Below, one piece after another: positions 1 through 8,833 of a DNA stretch of 40,460 bases (position 1 is the first letter of the stretch; every line of letters begins with the position of its first letter). The stretch is from positions 1-40,460 of the forward strand of contig JAYEKO010000058.1 in the NCBI GenBank assembly GCA_034661055.1, given 5' to 3'. The translations under genes and the position numbers were made by a program. The notes below the pieces were generated by a model. That model was not told the DNA's origin, searched no databases, and saw nothing but the letters and a program-made list of their open reading frames with translations. This DNA is from Campylobacterota bacterium (GTDB taxonomy: Bacteria; Campylobacterota; Campylobacteria; Campylobacterales; Sulfurimonadaceae).

Positions 1-165
1 CCCTACTTTACTACCAAAAAGCAGGGAAAAGGGACAGGAATGGGGCTTTACATGTCAAAGATGATTATTGAAGATAATATGGGTGGTAGTTTACATGTAA
101 GCAATGGCGATGATGGAGCTATATTTAGTATTAACTTTAGTGGTCACGGCTATGATTTGGAGTGA
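1..165 (+). CDS. 3' end of a sensor histidine kinase (HATPase_c), truncated by the window edge
   Basis: Frame 1 reads [46 protein letters not shown]...LE* (F-box and G2 box), TGA at 163-165; not in the ORF track. Confidence 0.9.
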   Translation, partial: PYFTTKKQGKGTGMGLYMSKMIIEDNMGGSLHVSNGDDGAIFSINFSGHGYDLE

Positions 166-536
166 TAATTTTAGATATAGACCATTTTAAGAATGTCAAT
201 GATGAGTTTGGACACAATACTGGTGATATGGTTTTACAAGAGTTTGCTTCTATATTATTGCGTAATTGCAGGGAGACGGACATCATAGGCAGATGGGGAG
301 GAGAAGAGTTTTTAATAGTTGCTCCTAATACAAAAAAAGAGTCTCTTTCATACTTTGCAAATAATCTAAAAGAGGCCGCAGAGAGCCATCAATTTGAAAA
401 TATTGGGAACTTAACAGCGAGCCTAGGCGTTACTGTCTATCACGTTAAAGAACCTCTTAACAATACTATTGCTAGAGCAGATGAAGCACTCTATATCTCT
501 AAAAATAGTGGTCGAAACCAGGTGACACTGAAATAA
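162..536 (+). CDS. GGDEF domain protein, N-terminally truncated (possible gene remnant)
   Basis: LDIDHFK.VND.FGH.GD and RWGGEEF motifs present; the preceding DxLTGxxNR helix is missing; in-frame TGA at 153. Confidence 0.7.
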   Translation: MIILDIDHFKNVNDEFGHNTGDMVLQEFASILLRNCRETDIIGRWGGEEFLIVAPNTKKESLSYFANNLKEAAESHQFENIGNLTASLGVTVYHVKEPLNNTIARADEALYISKNSGRNQVTLK

Positions 537-552
537 AGGGAATTTCTAAAAA

Positions 553-849
553 TTAAAAGAACAACCAGACTAGTAGCGCAACTCCAATGAGAAGGTTAAT
601 CCAGCTACCCCCATCTTCAAAAAGCATCACGAGTGCTTTAAAATAAGCTTCCATTGATGCCGAAGGGTTATTCTGTAGTGCTTTATTGGCATATTGAGCA
701 ATCTCATTACCCCAAACAAATCCAACAATTTCCGGTACAATAAAAAAAAGTACCACTCCTAAAAATCCCCAAATCGTTCTATTGGGTTTCATCTGAGTAA
801 TTGCCTCTCTTACTTTAGGGCTCTTAACTATTTTTTTAACTTTTTGCAT
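553..849 (-). CDS. Small hypothetical membrane protein (2 TM)
   Basis: Two hydrophobic segments; ATG at 849 (MQKVKK) preferred over the TTG at 912. Confidence 0.6.
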   Translation of the reverse strand: MQKVKKIVKSPKVREAITQMKPNRTIWGFLGVVLFFIVPEIVGFVWGNEIAQYANKALQNNPSASMEAYFKALVMLFEDGGSWINLLIGVALLVWLFF

Positions 850-993
850 ATGGTGTAACTTTAGCCTACTTAATATAATAAAAGCTTTTAATCCTAAAGA
901 TTGTTCTGTCAATCTAAATAATTTACATGTAAAATTAGTTTTATTGTGTATAATTCTAAAAAAAATAACAGCTACTTATAAAGGCTCATTCTA

Positions 994-2145
994 GTGCATA
1001 CCTATACCCCCTACAAAGACATTGACAAAGACCAACTGCAAAAAGATATTGAAACCGTTCGTGATGAGATTGGCAACCCTACATGGGAAGATTTTCAGCA
1101 CCTCTTAAAACTGGAACTTTGGGGTAGGGTCTGCACCGCTTCAGGTGTCATACTGACCATTGTAGCAGCCTATTTTGGTTTAGCAGGCTTAGAGTTTTGG
1201 AGCGTAGCCATTGTAGCTGCAATTTTACTAGGCGTTGGCAATGTGGCTCGATGGGCTAATGTAACCCATCCTATTCTTCATGGTGCCTACGATAAGGTTC
1301 CAAACATTCCTTTTAAGTACACTAAAGCAGGATTTGCACGAGGTTTTAACCGATATTTTCACTGGCTAGACTGGATTAAGCCTGAAGCTTGGGAATATGA
1401 GCACAATATTATGCACCACTACCATTTGGGTGAAGTTGATGATCCTGACAATGTTGAAAAAAATCTTCAGTGGCTTATTCAATCTAAGGTACCAATGTGG
1501 TTACGTTATGTCATTATTTACGCCTTTGCAGGGGCATGGAAATTTCTCTATTACGCACCAAATACTCTTCTAATATTAGAAAATAAAGAGCGTCGAAAAC
1601 GTAAAGAAGAACCTCTTAAAGATTATGAGTTTAGTCTTTTTAAAAAGAATGGTTTAGAACTTTGGAAAAATTATTATTTACCCTATTTTCTAGTAAAGTT
1701 TGTTATTTTCCCAGCACTATTTTTACCACTAGGAACCAGTGCTGCCTTAGGAACACTCATTATTATGATTATGGCTGAGTTTTATGCAAACCTGCACTCA
1801 TTTTTAGTCATTGTACCTAACCACTCTGCTGAAGACATTTATATGTTTAATGAGCCTCATAAAAGCCAAGGTGAGTTCTATTTACGTCAGATTATGGGAA
1901 GCGTTAACTACAATACTGGTTCAGACCTTCTTGATTTTGCACACGGTTTCTTAAACTACCAGATTGAGCATCACCTCTTCCCAAATATGCCGCACAGTTT
2001 TTACCAGGCAATGCAACCTAAGACAAAAGAGCTTTGTAAAAAATATAATTTGGAATATCGTCAAGAGAGTGTATGGAAACGTATTTTCATGACTATTGAC
2101 TTAATGGTAGGAAAAACAAAACTACTTCGCGTGGACGGTATCTAA
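994..2145 (+). CDS. Membrane fatty acid (acyl-CoA) desaturase, DesA3/linoleoyl-CoA desaturase-like
   Basis: Three His boxes HPILH, HNIMHHYH, QIEHHLFP plus TM segments; TATAAT at 949-954. Confidence 0.9.
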   Translation: MHTYTPYKDIDKDQLQKDIETVRDEIGNPTWEDFQHLLKLELWGRVCTASGVILTIVAAYFGLAGLEFWSVAIVAAILLGVGNVARWANVTHPILHGAYDKVPNIPFKYTKAGFARGFNRYFHWLDWIKPEAWEYEHNIMHHYHLGEVDDPDNVEKNLQWLIQSKVPMWLRYVIIYAFAGAWKFLYYAPNTLLILENKERRKRKEEPLKDYEFSLFKKNGLELWKNYYLPYFLVKFVIFPALFLPLGTSAALGTLIIMIMAEFYANLHSFLVIVPNHSAEDIYMFNEPHKSQGEFYLRQIMGSVNYNTGSDLLDFAHGFLNYQIEHHLFPNMPHSFYQAMQPKTKELCKKYNLEYRQESVWKRIFMTIDLMVGKTKLLRVDGI

Positions 2146-3329
2146 TCGAGCCGACATCTAAAGGTTACTTTCTTTCGCAACCGCATCAGCCCTTTTTCCT
2201 TGCTGGAGTCCTTTGGAGTATTATTTCAGTTTTACTCTTTGGACTGAGTTACAAAGGGGTTCTTAGCAGCGATATGAATCCTCAAGCATTTCACAGCTAC
2301 AGCTTTATTTTTATTGTATTCACACAATTTTTTATTGGTTTTATTTTTACAACCTTTCCAAAATTTTGTCAAAGTGATCTCATTGAAAAACCCTATTATG
2401 TTAAAATATTTTTACTCTTACAAGGCGGTGCACTGCTTTTTACACTGGGTAATTTTCTACATGTAAACTTACTCTTTGGTGGAGTATCTCTTATTTTAAT
2501 TGCCAATATCATGGTTGTCTATCGCCTCTATAACATCTACAAAACAGGTCGTCTTTCTCAAGCAAGCAGTGATCCGTTTTGGATTTTTATGGGCTTTGTT
2601 TTTTCACTGATTGCACATCTTCTTTTTCTTGGCTATGTTGCTTCAAATAATACACTGCTTTATACACTTGCCGTGCAAATTGGCTTTTATAACTACTTAA
2701 TTTTTCTCGCCTTTACAGTAGGACAGAGAATGATTCCATTTTTTAGTCACTATATGGGTGCTAAAATTAAATATTTTACGGCTACAGTTTTTTCTCTACT
2801 CTTGGCAAAGAGTGTAACTGCCTTATTAGGACTTCACTATATTGAAGTTCTTATTGACCTTGGTCTTGCAGCTTACTTGCTCAAAGAAATCTTACGTTGG
2901 AAACTTCAGCCTTTAGAATCTCCTGCTATTTTATGGGTACTTCACCTTGCACTGCTTTGGCTTCCCATAGCACTCTTCATTGGAGCTTTAGCAACATTAG
3001 CAGAAACCATTAGCGGTAATAGTTTTGCTGCCATGCAGATTCACCTGCTAGCCATTGGATTTTTAACCACGGTACTGATTGGCTTTGGAACGCGTGTCAC
3101 TCTAGGGCATTCAGGACAGCCTCCTAATGCTGACCGCTTTACCACCAATCTATTTTGGTTTATTCAAGCGGTTGTTCTTATTCGAGCACTTTACTCACTG
3201 CAAATGGGCTTAGAACTAAACCTATTTTGGTTCTTTGATTTTTCAATGACACTTTGGATTATTCTGTTTGCTTTATGGGCTTGGAGGTTTGTTCCCGTTT
3301 TGTATTGGGGGAAAAAACTTGACTCATAA
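2145..3329 (+). CDS. nnrS: NnrS family membrane protein
   Basis: Frame is open upstream of ATG 2274 and encodes YFLSQPHQPFFLAG; downstream RMIPFF, LWVLHLA, IHLLAIG, GTRVTLGHSG motifs; start position uncertain (ATC 2145 vs ATG 2274). Confidence 0.8.
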   Translation: MEPTSKGYFLSQPHQPFFLAGVLWSIISVLLFGLSYKGVLSSDMNPQAFHSYSFIFIVFTQFFIGFIFTTFPKFCQSDLIEKPYYVKIFLLLQGGALLFTLGNFLHVNLLFGGVSLILIANIMVVYRLYNIYKTGRLSQASSDPFWIFMGFVFSLIAHLLFLGYVASNNTLLYTLAVQIGFYNYLIFLAFTVGQRMIPFFSHYMGAKIKYFTATVFSLLLAKSVTALLGLHYIEVLIDLGLAAYLLKEILRWKLQPLESPAILWVLHLALLWLPIALFIGALATLAETISGNSFAAMQIHLLAIGFLTTVLIGFGTRVTLGHSGQPPNADRFTTNLFWFIQAVVLIRALYSLQMGLELNLFWFFDFSMTLWIILFALWAWRFVPVLYWGKKLDS

Positions 3330-3360
3330 ATTTTTCTTCTAAAAAACATTAGATTAAATT

Positions 3361-3395
3361 ATCAACTAAATCACATCTTTGTGATATTAGTTGAT
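3361..3395. other. Imperfect inverted repeat (terminator-like or operator)
   Basis: ATCAACTAAATCACA-tctt-TGTGAT(a)TTAGTTGAT just after the nnrS stop; its right arm overlaps the Crp/Fnr box. Confidence 0.5.
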
Positions 3396-3432
3396 TAATA
3401 TCAATTATCAAAATCTCATATTGGAGTACACT
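3391..3432 (+). promoter_or_regulatory. Crp/Fnr-family (FNR/DNR/Nss-type) binding site with -10 box
   Basis: TTGAT-TAAT-ATCAA at 3391-3404; TACACT at 3427-3432 puts the box centre near -41.5 (class II geometry). Confidence 0.8.
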
Positions 3433-3463
3433 TCGAATATATAAAATCGAAGGACACACACAC

Positions 3464-3805
3464 ATGAGTTTACCAAAAGACGCACAAAAAATTGAAGTTG
3501 CTGGATCTACAGTTGATTTTTATACTTACATGCAAGACAACACTACAATCTACCAATTTGATACATCAATGACAGGTCCGCCAGAGCCAATGGTTAATGC
3601 AATGGTAGGACTGAAACTAATTGATAGCAGTGATAAAAAACTTATTATGATTAACCACAAAGCACCTGGTGGTCTTTTTGCTAAAGTCGATGAAAATTAC
3701 ACTTATATCGTTCAAGATCTTGAAGACGGTAACGTAAAAGTTGTATTTTCTCTCATTGATGGCGTAGAACAAAAAACAGATTTCAGCGACAATAGCTGTC
3801 ACTAA
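3464..3805 (+). CDS. DUF2249/TusA-like small protein
   Basis: FDTSMTGPPEPMVNAM resembles the DUF2249 (L)DxRxxxPPEPM motif; AAGGA RBS. Confidence 0.65.
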   Translation: MSLPKDAQKIEVAGSTVDFYTYMQDNTTIYQFDTSMTGPPEPMVNAMVGLKLIDSSDKKLIMINHKAPGGLFAKVDENYTYIVQDLEDGNVKVVFSLIDGVEQKTDFSDNSCH

Positions 3806-3807
3806 CA

Positions 3808-5049
3808 ATGAATGTAACACGCGATTTCGCACCCCCTTTTAGCCTTATTGCTCCCTTTTTTTTAATTGGAGCAATCTTCTATTTTCTTAGCATGCTAGGA
3901 CTCTTTTCACTCAGTAGCAGTGCTAGTTATTTAGATATGGCAACCATAGGTTGGGTACATTTATTTTTATTGGGCTTTGTCATGATGGTCATTTTTGGTG
4001 CCATGGCACAACTCGTTCCTGTTGTTATTGAAGTAGGACATGCTGCTGTAGATTTTTTTTACATCATTTGGCCAATGCTGACACTTGGAACTATTTTAAT
4101 GGTAAGCGGTTTTGCTTTTGCTCCAGCACTTTTGCCTTACGGCGGTCTGATTGTACTACTGAGTATGGTCATTTTTGCAGCAGATCTCTTTGCGACACTG
4201 CGCATTGGTGAGCGTGAAAGCATTGTAGTAAGTTCCGTAAAAGCAAGTAATGTTTTCTTGCTTCTTGGAATTCTTAGCGGTTTTATTATGGCGCTTAGTT
4301 TTGGCGGTATGCTAGACATTGACCCTAATCACTGGTTAAAAGCCCACGTTTACGCTGTATTTGGCGGCTATGTAATGCTTACCATCATGGGACTTTCCAT
4401 GGTATTGCTTCCTATGTTTGGTCTCTCTCACGGTTTTAATGACAAACCGATGCTATGGGCATACCGTCTAATGGTTACCGGAGTTTCACTGGTAATGATT
4501 GGCTCACTGCTTAGTATTGGCTTTGTTGAAGTTCTTGGTATCTTGGCAGTTATTGGTTCAGTACTAAGTTATTTTTATCAGGGTTACTTGATGAAAAAAG
4601 TACGTGCACGCAAAGAGAATGATGTCTGGGTCAAGTCACTAAACTTTGCTTTTATTACCTTAGCAGTAGCCTTATTTGAAGCAATTATTTACCTGCTTGG
4701 TGGCAGTGAGCGATTTGTAATGAGTGCGGGATGGTTTTTAATGATGGGATTTGTAGGATTCTTAATTACCTCTCATCTGTACAAAATCATTCCATTTTTA
4801 GTCTGGTTTGAGCGCTATGCACCCCTCGTTGGAAAGCAAAAAGTTCCGATGCTAAATGACATGATTCCACTACGTGAAGCTAACATGCAGATGTATGTTA
4901 CCGCGACAGGAACAACTCTTGTTGGGGTGGCAATACTCGTTCACTCAGACACTCTATTTAATGCAGGAGTTTCTGTTTTAGTTATTGGTGGAGCTTTTCT
5001 GCTCTACTCAGTTTATGCAATGATGCAATACGGTAAGGAAGTACTATGA
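3808..5049 (+). CDS. Polytopic membrane protein with conserved TM histidines (NnrS/heme-copper-oxidase-like fold)
   Basis: About 12 TM segments; WVHLFLLGF, GAMAQLVPV, AHVYAVFGG, LLPMFGLSHG, HLYKIIPFLVW. Confidence 0.7.
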   Translation: MNVTRDFAPPFSLIAPFFLIGAIFYFLSMLGLFSLSSSASYLDMATIGWVHLFLLGFVMMVIFGAMAQLVPVVIEVGHAAVDFFYIIWPMLTLGTILMVSGFAFAPALLPYGGLIVLLSMVIFAADLFATLRIGERESIVVSSVKASNVFLLLGILSGFIMALSFGGMLDIDPNHWLKAHVYAVFGGYVMLTIMGLSMVLLPMFGLSHGFNDKPMLWAYRLMVTGVSLVMIGSLLSIGFVEVLGILAVIGSVLSYFYQGYLMKKVRARKENDVWVKSLNFAFITLAVALFEAIIYLLGGSERFVMSAGWFLMMGFVGFLITSHLYKIIPFLVWFERYAPLVGKQKVPMLNDMIPLREANMQMYVTATGTTLVGVAILVHSDTLFNAGVSVLVIGGAFLLYSVYAMMQYGKEVL

Positions 5050-5363
5050 TCACAAAAGAAGATGCTTTTAAAGCAATTAGTAATGTTATTGATCCTGAGG
5101 TTGGATTTAACCTTGTTGAGATGGGGCTAATCTATGATGCAGTTAGCGATGAAGAGAACAATGTCGCTGTTACTATGACCCTCTCAACACGAGCCTGTCC
5201 ACTTCATCAGATGATGATTCAGTGGGTTGAAGAAGCAGTTATGAAACATACTGATGCAGCTTCATGCAAAGCTGAAGTGGTTTGGGAACCGGAATGGAGT
5301 TTTGAGATGGCAGATCAACATGTTAAAGATAAACTTAACCAGTTTGCTAACAGAACAGTATAA
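5046..5363 (+). CDS. DUF59 / SufT / PaaD-like metal-sulfur cluster assembly protein
   Basis: VIDPE...NLVEMGLIY, MTLSTRACP, VVWEPEW motifs. Confidence 0.9.
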   Translation: MITKEDAFKAISNVIDPEVGFNLVEMGLIYDAVSDEENNVAVTMTLSTRACPLHQMMIQWVEEAVMKHTDAASCKAEVVWEPEWSFEMADQHVKDKLNQFANRTV

Positions 5364-5384
5364 AGAACACCTCTAAACTATAAT

Positions 5385-5987
5385 TTACATGTAATTTAAA
5401 CTCTGTAAAATTACTTTGGCTAAAGAGAGCGCTTTTGAGCGGTGTGAAAGCTTTACTTTAACATCGTTATCTAGCTCACCTAGCGTCTTATTAAATCTCA
5501 GTGGAATGAACATTGGGTCGTATCCAAAGCCACCATCTCCTCGAGCCTCAGTAATAACACTGCCATACATCCAGCCGTGAACACACTGCTCACCATCTTT
5601 ACTGACAATGGCAATAGCTGCTGTATAGTGTGCCGGTGAGCTCTCAACCCCTTTGGCTTTAACGTCATTCATCAACTTATGAAGATTGTCCTTATCGTCA
5701 GCATCTACTCCACCATAACGAGCACTGTAAATTCCAGGAGCACCATCAAGAACATCAACACTAATGCCACTGTCATCAGCAATGACAATAGCATCTGAAT
5801 TACCAAGAGCATCATAAACTGCTCGTGCTTTTATGAGGGCATTTTCTTTAAAATCTTTTCCATCTTCTATAATTTCAAACTCTTGAATCAGTTCACTATA
5901 CGCTACGACTTCAAAGTCACTGCACATCTCTTTTATCTCTCTAATTTTACCTCTGTTTGATGTTGCTAAAACCAGTTTCACCGTCAT
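5385..5987 (-). CDS. rdgB: Non-canonical purine NTP pyrophosphatase (RdgB/HAM1)
   Basis: [29 protein letters not shown] motifs; ATG 5987 with AAGGA RBS preferred over 6029. Confidence 0.95.
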   Translation of the reverse strand: MTVKLVLATSNRGKIREIKEMCSDFEVVAYSELIQEFEIIEDGKDFKENALIKARAVYDALGNSDAIVIADDSGISVDVLDGAPGIYSARYGGVDADDKDNLHKLMNDVKAKGVESSPAHYTAAIAIVSKDGEQCVHGWMYGSVITEARGDGGFGYDPMFIPLRFNKTLGELDNDVKVKLSHRSKALSLAKVILQSLNYM

Positions 5988-6008
5988 ATTCCTTATAGTT
6001 AACTTTAC

Positions 6009-6026
6009 AAATTTACATGTAAATTT
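6009..6026. repeat. Longest copy of the dispersed palindrome (AAATTTACATGTAAATTT)
   Basis: Perfect 18-bp palindrome; perfect 12-mer TTTACATGTAAA starts at 922, 6012, 13348, 13624, 13756, 22072, 24622, 31177, 38192 and 39188. Confidence 0.9.
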
Positions 6027-6089
6027 CATTTACTCATAATATGTCGAAATTATAATATAATGCCGCACTATTTATACTGAGGAATTATA

Positions 6090-7418
6090 ATGTTTAAAAA
6101 GGTCATGCCGCTTTCAGCAATTCTATCGTTACGATTTTTAGGACTCTTCTTAGTACTTCCTGTTCTTTCAATCTATGCAACAGGAATGGAGGGTTCCACT
6201 CCGCTTCTAGTAGGGGTTATTGTTGGAGGGTACGCTCTAACACAAGCACTGCTTCAAGTTCCTTTTGGAACCATGAGTGATAAAATCGGACGAAAGATGA
6301 CGCTATTAATTGGTCTGCTGATTTTTCTTATTGGCTCCATTGTCTGTGCGCTTAGCGATAACATCTACATGCTGATGCTTGGACGATTCCTACAAGGTGC
6401 TGGTGCAATTGGCTCTGTAATTACTGCCATGATTAGTGACTTGGTTCCTGAAGAGACTCGCGGTAAGGCTATGGCTATTATGGGTGCTAGCATTGCTATT
6501 AGTTTTGCTTTAGCAATGGGACTAGGTCCTGTTCTTGGTGCGGCATATGGTCTAAGCTTTCTCTTTTGGCTTACTGCAATTTTTGCTCTAGTTGCTATTG
6601 TATTACTTTTTACTAAAGTACCCACACCACCAAAAATTAAACATATTTACCACAATACAACAAGTACCAAAGATATTTTAAAAGATGGAAATCTTTTTAG
6701 CATGATTGTTATTAATGGAATGCAAAAAGGGATGATGACCATCGCCTTTGTTCTTATTCCCCTCATTTTAGTTGATGAGCAGTACGGTTTTTCATGGGAA
6801 AAAGCTGAACTCTGGAAGGTCTATATGCCTGCGATGATTGCCGGACTTATTGCTATGGGTCCTGCTGCTGTATTTGGAGAGAAGCACAATAGAGCAAAAG
6901 AGATTTTCCTACTCTCTATTATTCTATTTGTTTTTGCTTTTGCTGCTATGGGCTTTGCAACAAATGATGGACTTTTTGTAGCAGGTGTTATCGCCTTCTT
7001 TGTTGCTTTTAATATGATGGAGCCACTGGTTCAGTCTATGATTTCAAAGTATGCAAAAGTGCATCAAAAAGGAGCTGCCTTAGGTATTGGTAACTCTGTT
7101 GCTTATTTTGCTACATTTATTGGTGGAACGCTAGCGGGCATCTTTTTAGATTATCTTGATCGCCAAATGCTAGGCACCACCATTGTAGTTATTGGCGTAC
7201 TCTGGTTTATCTGGACACTGCGTCTGCAAAAACCGATTAAACACGCCCTGCTTTACACGCCTCTTGATGAGATTGACCAAGAGAAGCTCAATGCACTAGA
7301 ACACGAAGCCATTGCAGAGTGGTACATTAATGAAAATGAGCGTCTTGCGGTGGTTAAATACCATAGTGAAGCGATTGGTGAAGAGGCCCTAAAGGCTAAG
7401 ATTTTAAAAGAAGCGTAG
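6090..7418 (+). CDS. MFS transporter (YajR-like)
   Basis: LRFLGLFLVLPV N-terminus, GTMSDKIGRK motif A, 12 TM segments, small C-terminal soluble domain. Confidence 0.9.
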   Translation: MFKKVMPLSAILSLRFLGLFLVLPVLSIYATGMEGSTPLLVGVIVGGYALTQALLQVPFGTMSDKIGRKMTLLIGLLIFLIGSIVCALSDNIYMLMLGRFLQGAGAIGSVITAMISDLVPEETRGKAMAIMGASIAISFALAMGLGPVLGAAYGLSFLFWLTAIFALVAIVLLFTKVPTPPKIKHIYHNTTSTKDILKDGNLFSMIVINGMQKGMMTIAFVLIPLILVDEQYGFSWEKAELWKVYMPAMIAGLIAMGPAAVFGEKHNRAKEIFLLSIILFVFAFAAMGFATNDGLFVAGVIAFFVAFNMMEPLVQSMISKYAKVHQKGAALGIGNSVAYFATFIGGTLAGIFLDYLDRQMLGTTIVVIGVLWFIWTLRLQKPIKHALLYTPLDEIDQEKLNALEHEAIAEWYINENERLAVVKYHSEAIGEEALKAKILKEA

Positions 7419-7429
7419 CTGCTTCTTTT
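7406..7429. terminator. Bidirectional intrinsic terminator between convergent genes
   Basis: AAAAGAAGC-gtagct-GCTTCTTTT hairpin with A and T tails. Confidence 0.6.
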
Positions 7430-8301
7430 TACATGTAATTATTTTTTACTTTCATAACTGTTTTCTCTACTGTTAGTGCTAGCAAACCCACTACCAGACC
7501 TGTCAATAGTTCACCCAAAATGCTTGGCATAAAATGTAAAGCGTCATGAAGCTGATGGATGTTATGCACAAAAATACCTCCGGCAACTAAGAGCATTGCA
7601 ATGGTACCAATAACAGTTAATGAGCGAATCACTTTTGGTAGTGCAGCCACTAACATCTCCCCCATTTTTCTCATTATAATGCGGTGCTCTCCTGCTAGTT
7701 CAATAAGCTTAAAACCGATATCGTCCATTCTAATAATCAGTGCGACAATTCCATAAACACCCACCGTAGCAATAAGTGCTACAACTGTTACCGCAATAAC
7801 CTGAATAGCCAGTGACTGCTCGGCCACAGTTGAAAGCGCAATAATAATGATCTCAATAGAGAGAATAAAGTCTGTTAAAATAGCCGATTTTATCTTTTTA
7901 GACTCATTCTCTAAAATCTCATCTTTGCTAAAGTGCTGGGTTAATGGAGCAATCTCTTTCTCATCATGAGGCACAAAATATTCATATATCTTTTCTGCTC
8001 CCTCAAATGCCAAATAGACTCCTCCCACCATTAAAATAGGGACAATAATCCACGGTGCAAATGCGCTGAGAATAAAAGCAAAAGGTAAAATAATTGCTTT
8101 ATTTTTAAATGAACCCTTTGTAATTGCCCACAAGACCGGAAGTTCACGAGAGGCAACAAATCCCGAAGCTTTTTCAGCATTTACTGCCAAGTCATCTCCA
8201 AGGATTCCTGCCGTCTTTTTCGTGGCAACTTTACTCATCATCGCCGCATCATCTAACAGCAGTGCGATATCATCAAATACTGCAAAAAAACCTGTTGCCA
8301 T
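7429..8301 (-). CDS. DUF808 (YedI-like) inner membrane protein
   Basis: KKTAGILGDDLAVNAE, RELPVLWAITKGS, TDFILSIEII motifs. Confidence 0.9.
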   Translation of the reverse strand: MATGFFAVFDDIALLLDDAAMMSKVATKKTAGILGDDLAVNAEKASGFVASRELPVLWAITKGSFKNKAIILPFAFILSAFAPWIIVPILMVGGVYLAFEGAEKIYEYFVPHDEKEIAPLTQHFSKDEILENESKKIKSAILTDFILSIEIIIIALSTVAEQSLAIQVIAVTVVALIATVGVYGIVALIIRMDDIGFKLIELAGEHRIIMRKMGEMLVAALPKVIRSLTVIGTIAMLLVAGGIFVHNIHQLHDALHFMPSILGELLTGLVVGLLALTVEKTVMKVKNNYM

Positions 8302-8370
8302 AACTACCCTTTGTACTAATGTATTGCAAAATTATACAGACTTTAGGAAAACTTTGACTAAGATAGTGTT

Positions 8371-8640
8371 ATGAAAAGTTATAAATTTATTGTTAGTGGA
8401 ACAGTTCAAGGGGTCTATTACCGTAAAAATGTGCATCAGCATGCACAACAACTTAATTTTAGCGGTTATGTTAAAAACTTACCTGATGGTACGGTTGAAG
8501 CAGCTGTGAGCTGTGATGAAAGTCATGTAAATGATTTTATTTCTATGTTGCGACAGGGTTCACGACATAGTGTGGTTACAGATATTAAACAGTCACAAAC
8601 TAGTGAACTCTTTGATGGTCCTTTTAAAATACGCAGATGA
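8371..8640 (+). CDS. acyP: Acylphosphatase
   Basis: VSGTVQGVYYR and GYVKNLPDGTVE signatures. Confidence 0.95.
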   Translation: MKSYKFIVSGTVQGVYYRKNVHQHAQQLNFSGYVKNLPDGTVEAAVSCDESHVNDFISMLRQGSRHSVVTDIKQSQTSELFDGPFKIRR

Positions 8641-8833
8641 GTACACTTTTTTATCTCGGAATTATATTTATTCTTGGAACATTCACACAGTGGCTTAGTC
8701 ATAAGTTACATCTCTCAAAAGTTGCACTGCGGTGGCACCAATAATTTTAAATATTATCATTGCTAGCACCGTAGTTCATGAACTACTCGGTCCATTTTTT
8801 ACAAAATATGCTTTAGAGCACTCTAAACTTTAA
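8637..8833 (+). pseudogene. Internally deleted cation:proton antiporter remnant
   Basis: ATG 8637 (ATGA overlap with acyP) reads MSTLFYLGIIFILGTFTQWLSHKLHLSKV; a second frame from about 8726 reads VAPIILNIIIASTVVHELLGPFFTKYALEHSKL* (stop 8831-8833). Confidence 0.7.

Noticed and set aside
6009..6026. Palindrome as canonical parS, matS or dif
   Set aside because: Does not match TGTTTCACGTGAAACA, GTGACRNYGTCAC or the 28-bp dif structure
5988..6029. N-terminal extensions given by the ORF track (rdgB 6029; likewise 912, 14507, 16271, 32699)
   Set aside because: Downstream starts fit the RBS or family N-termini better; AsnB needs Cys at position 2
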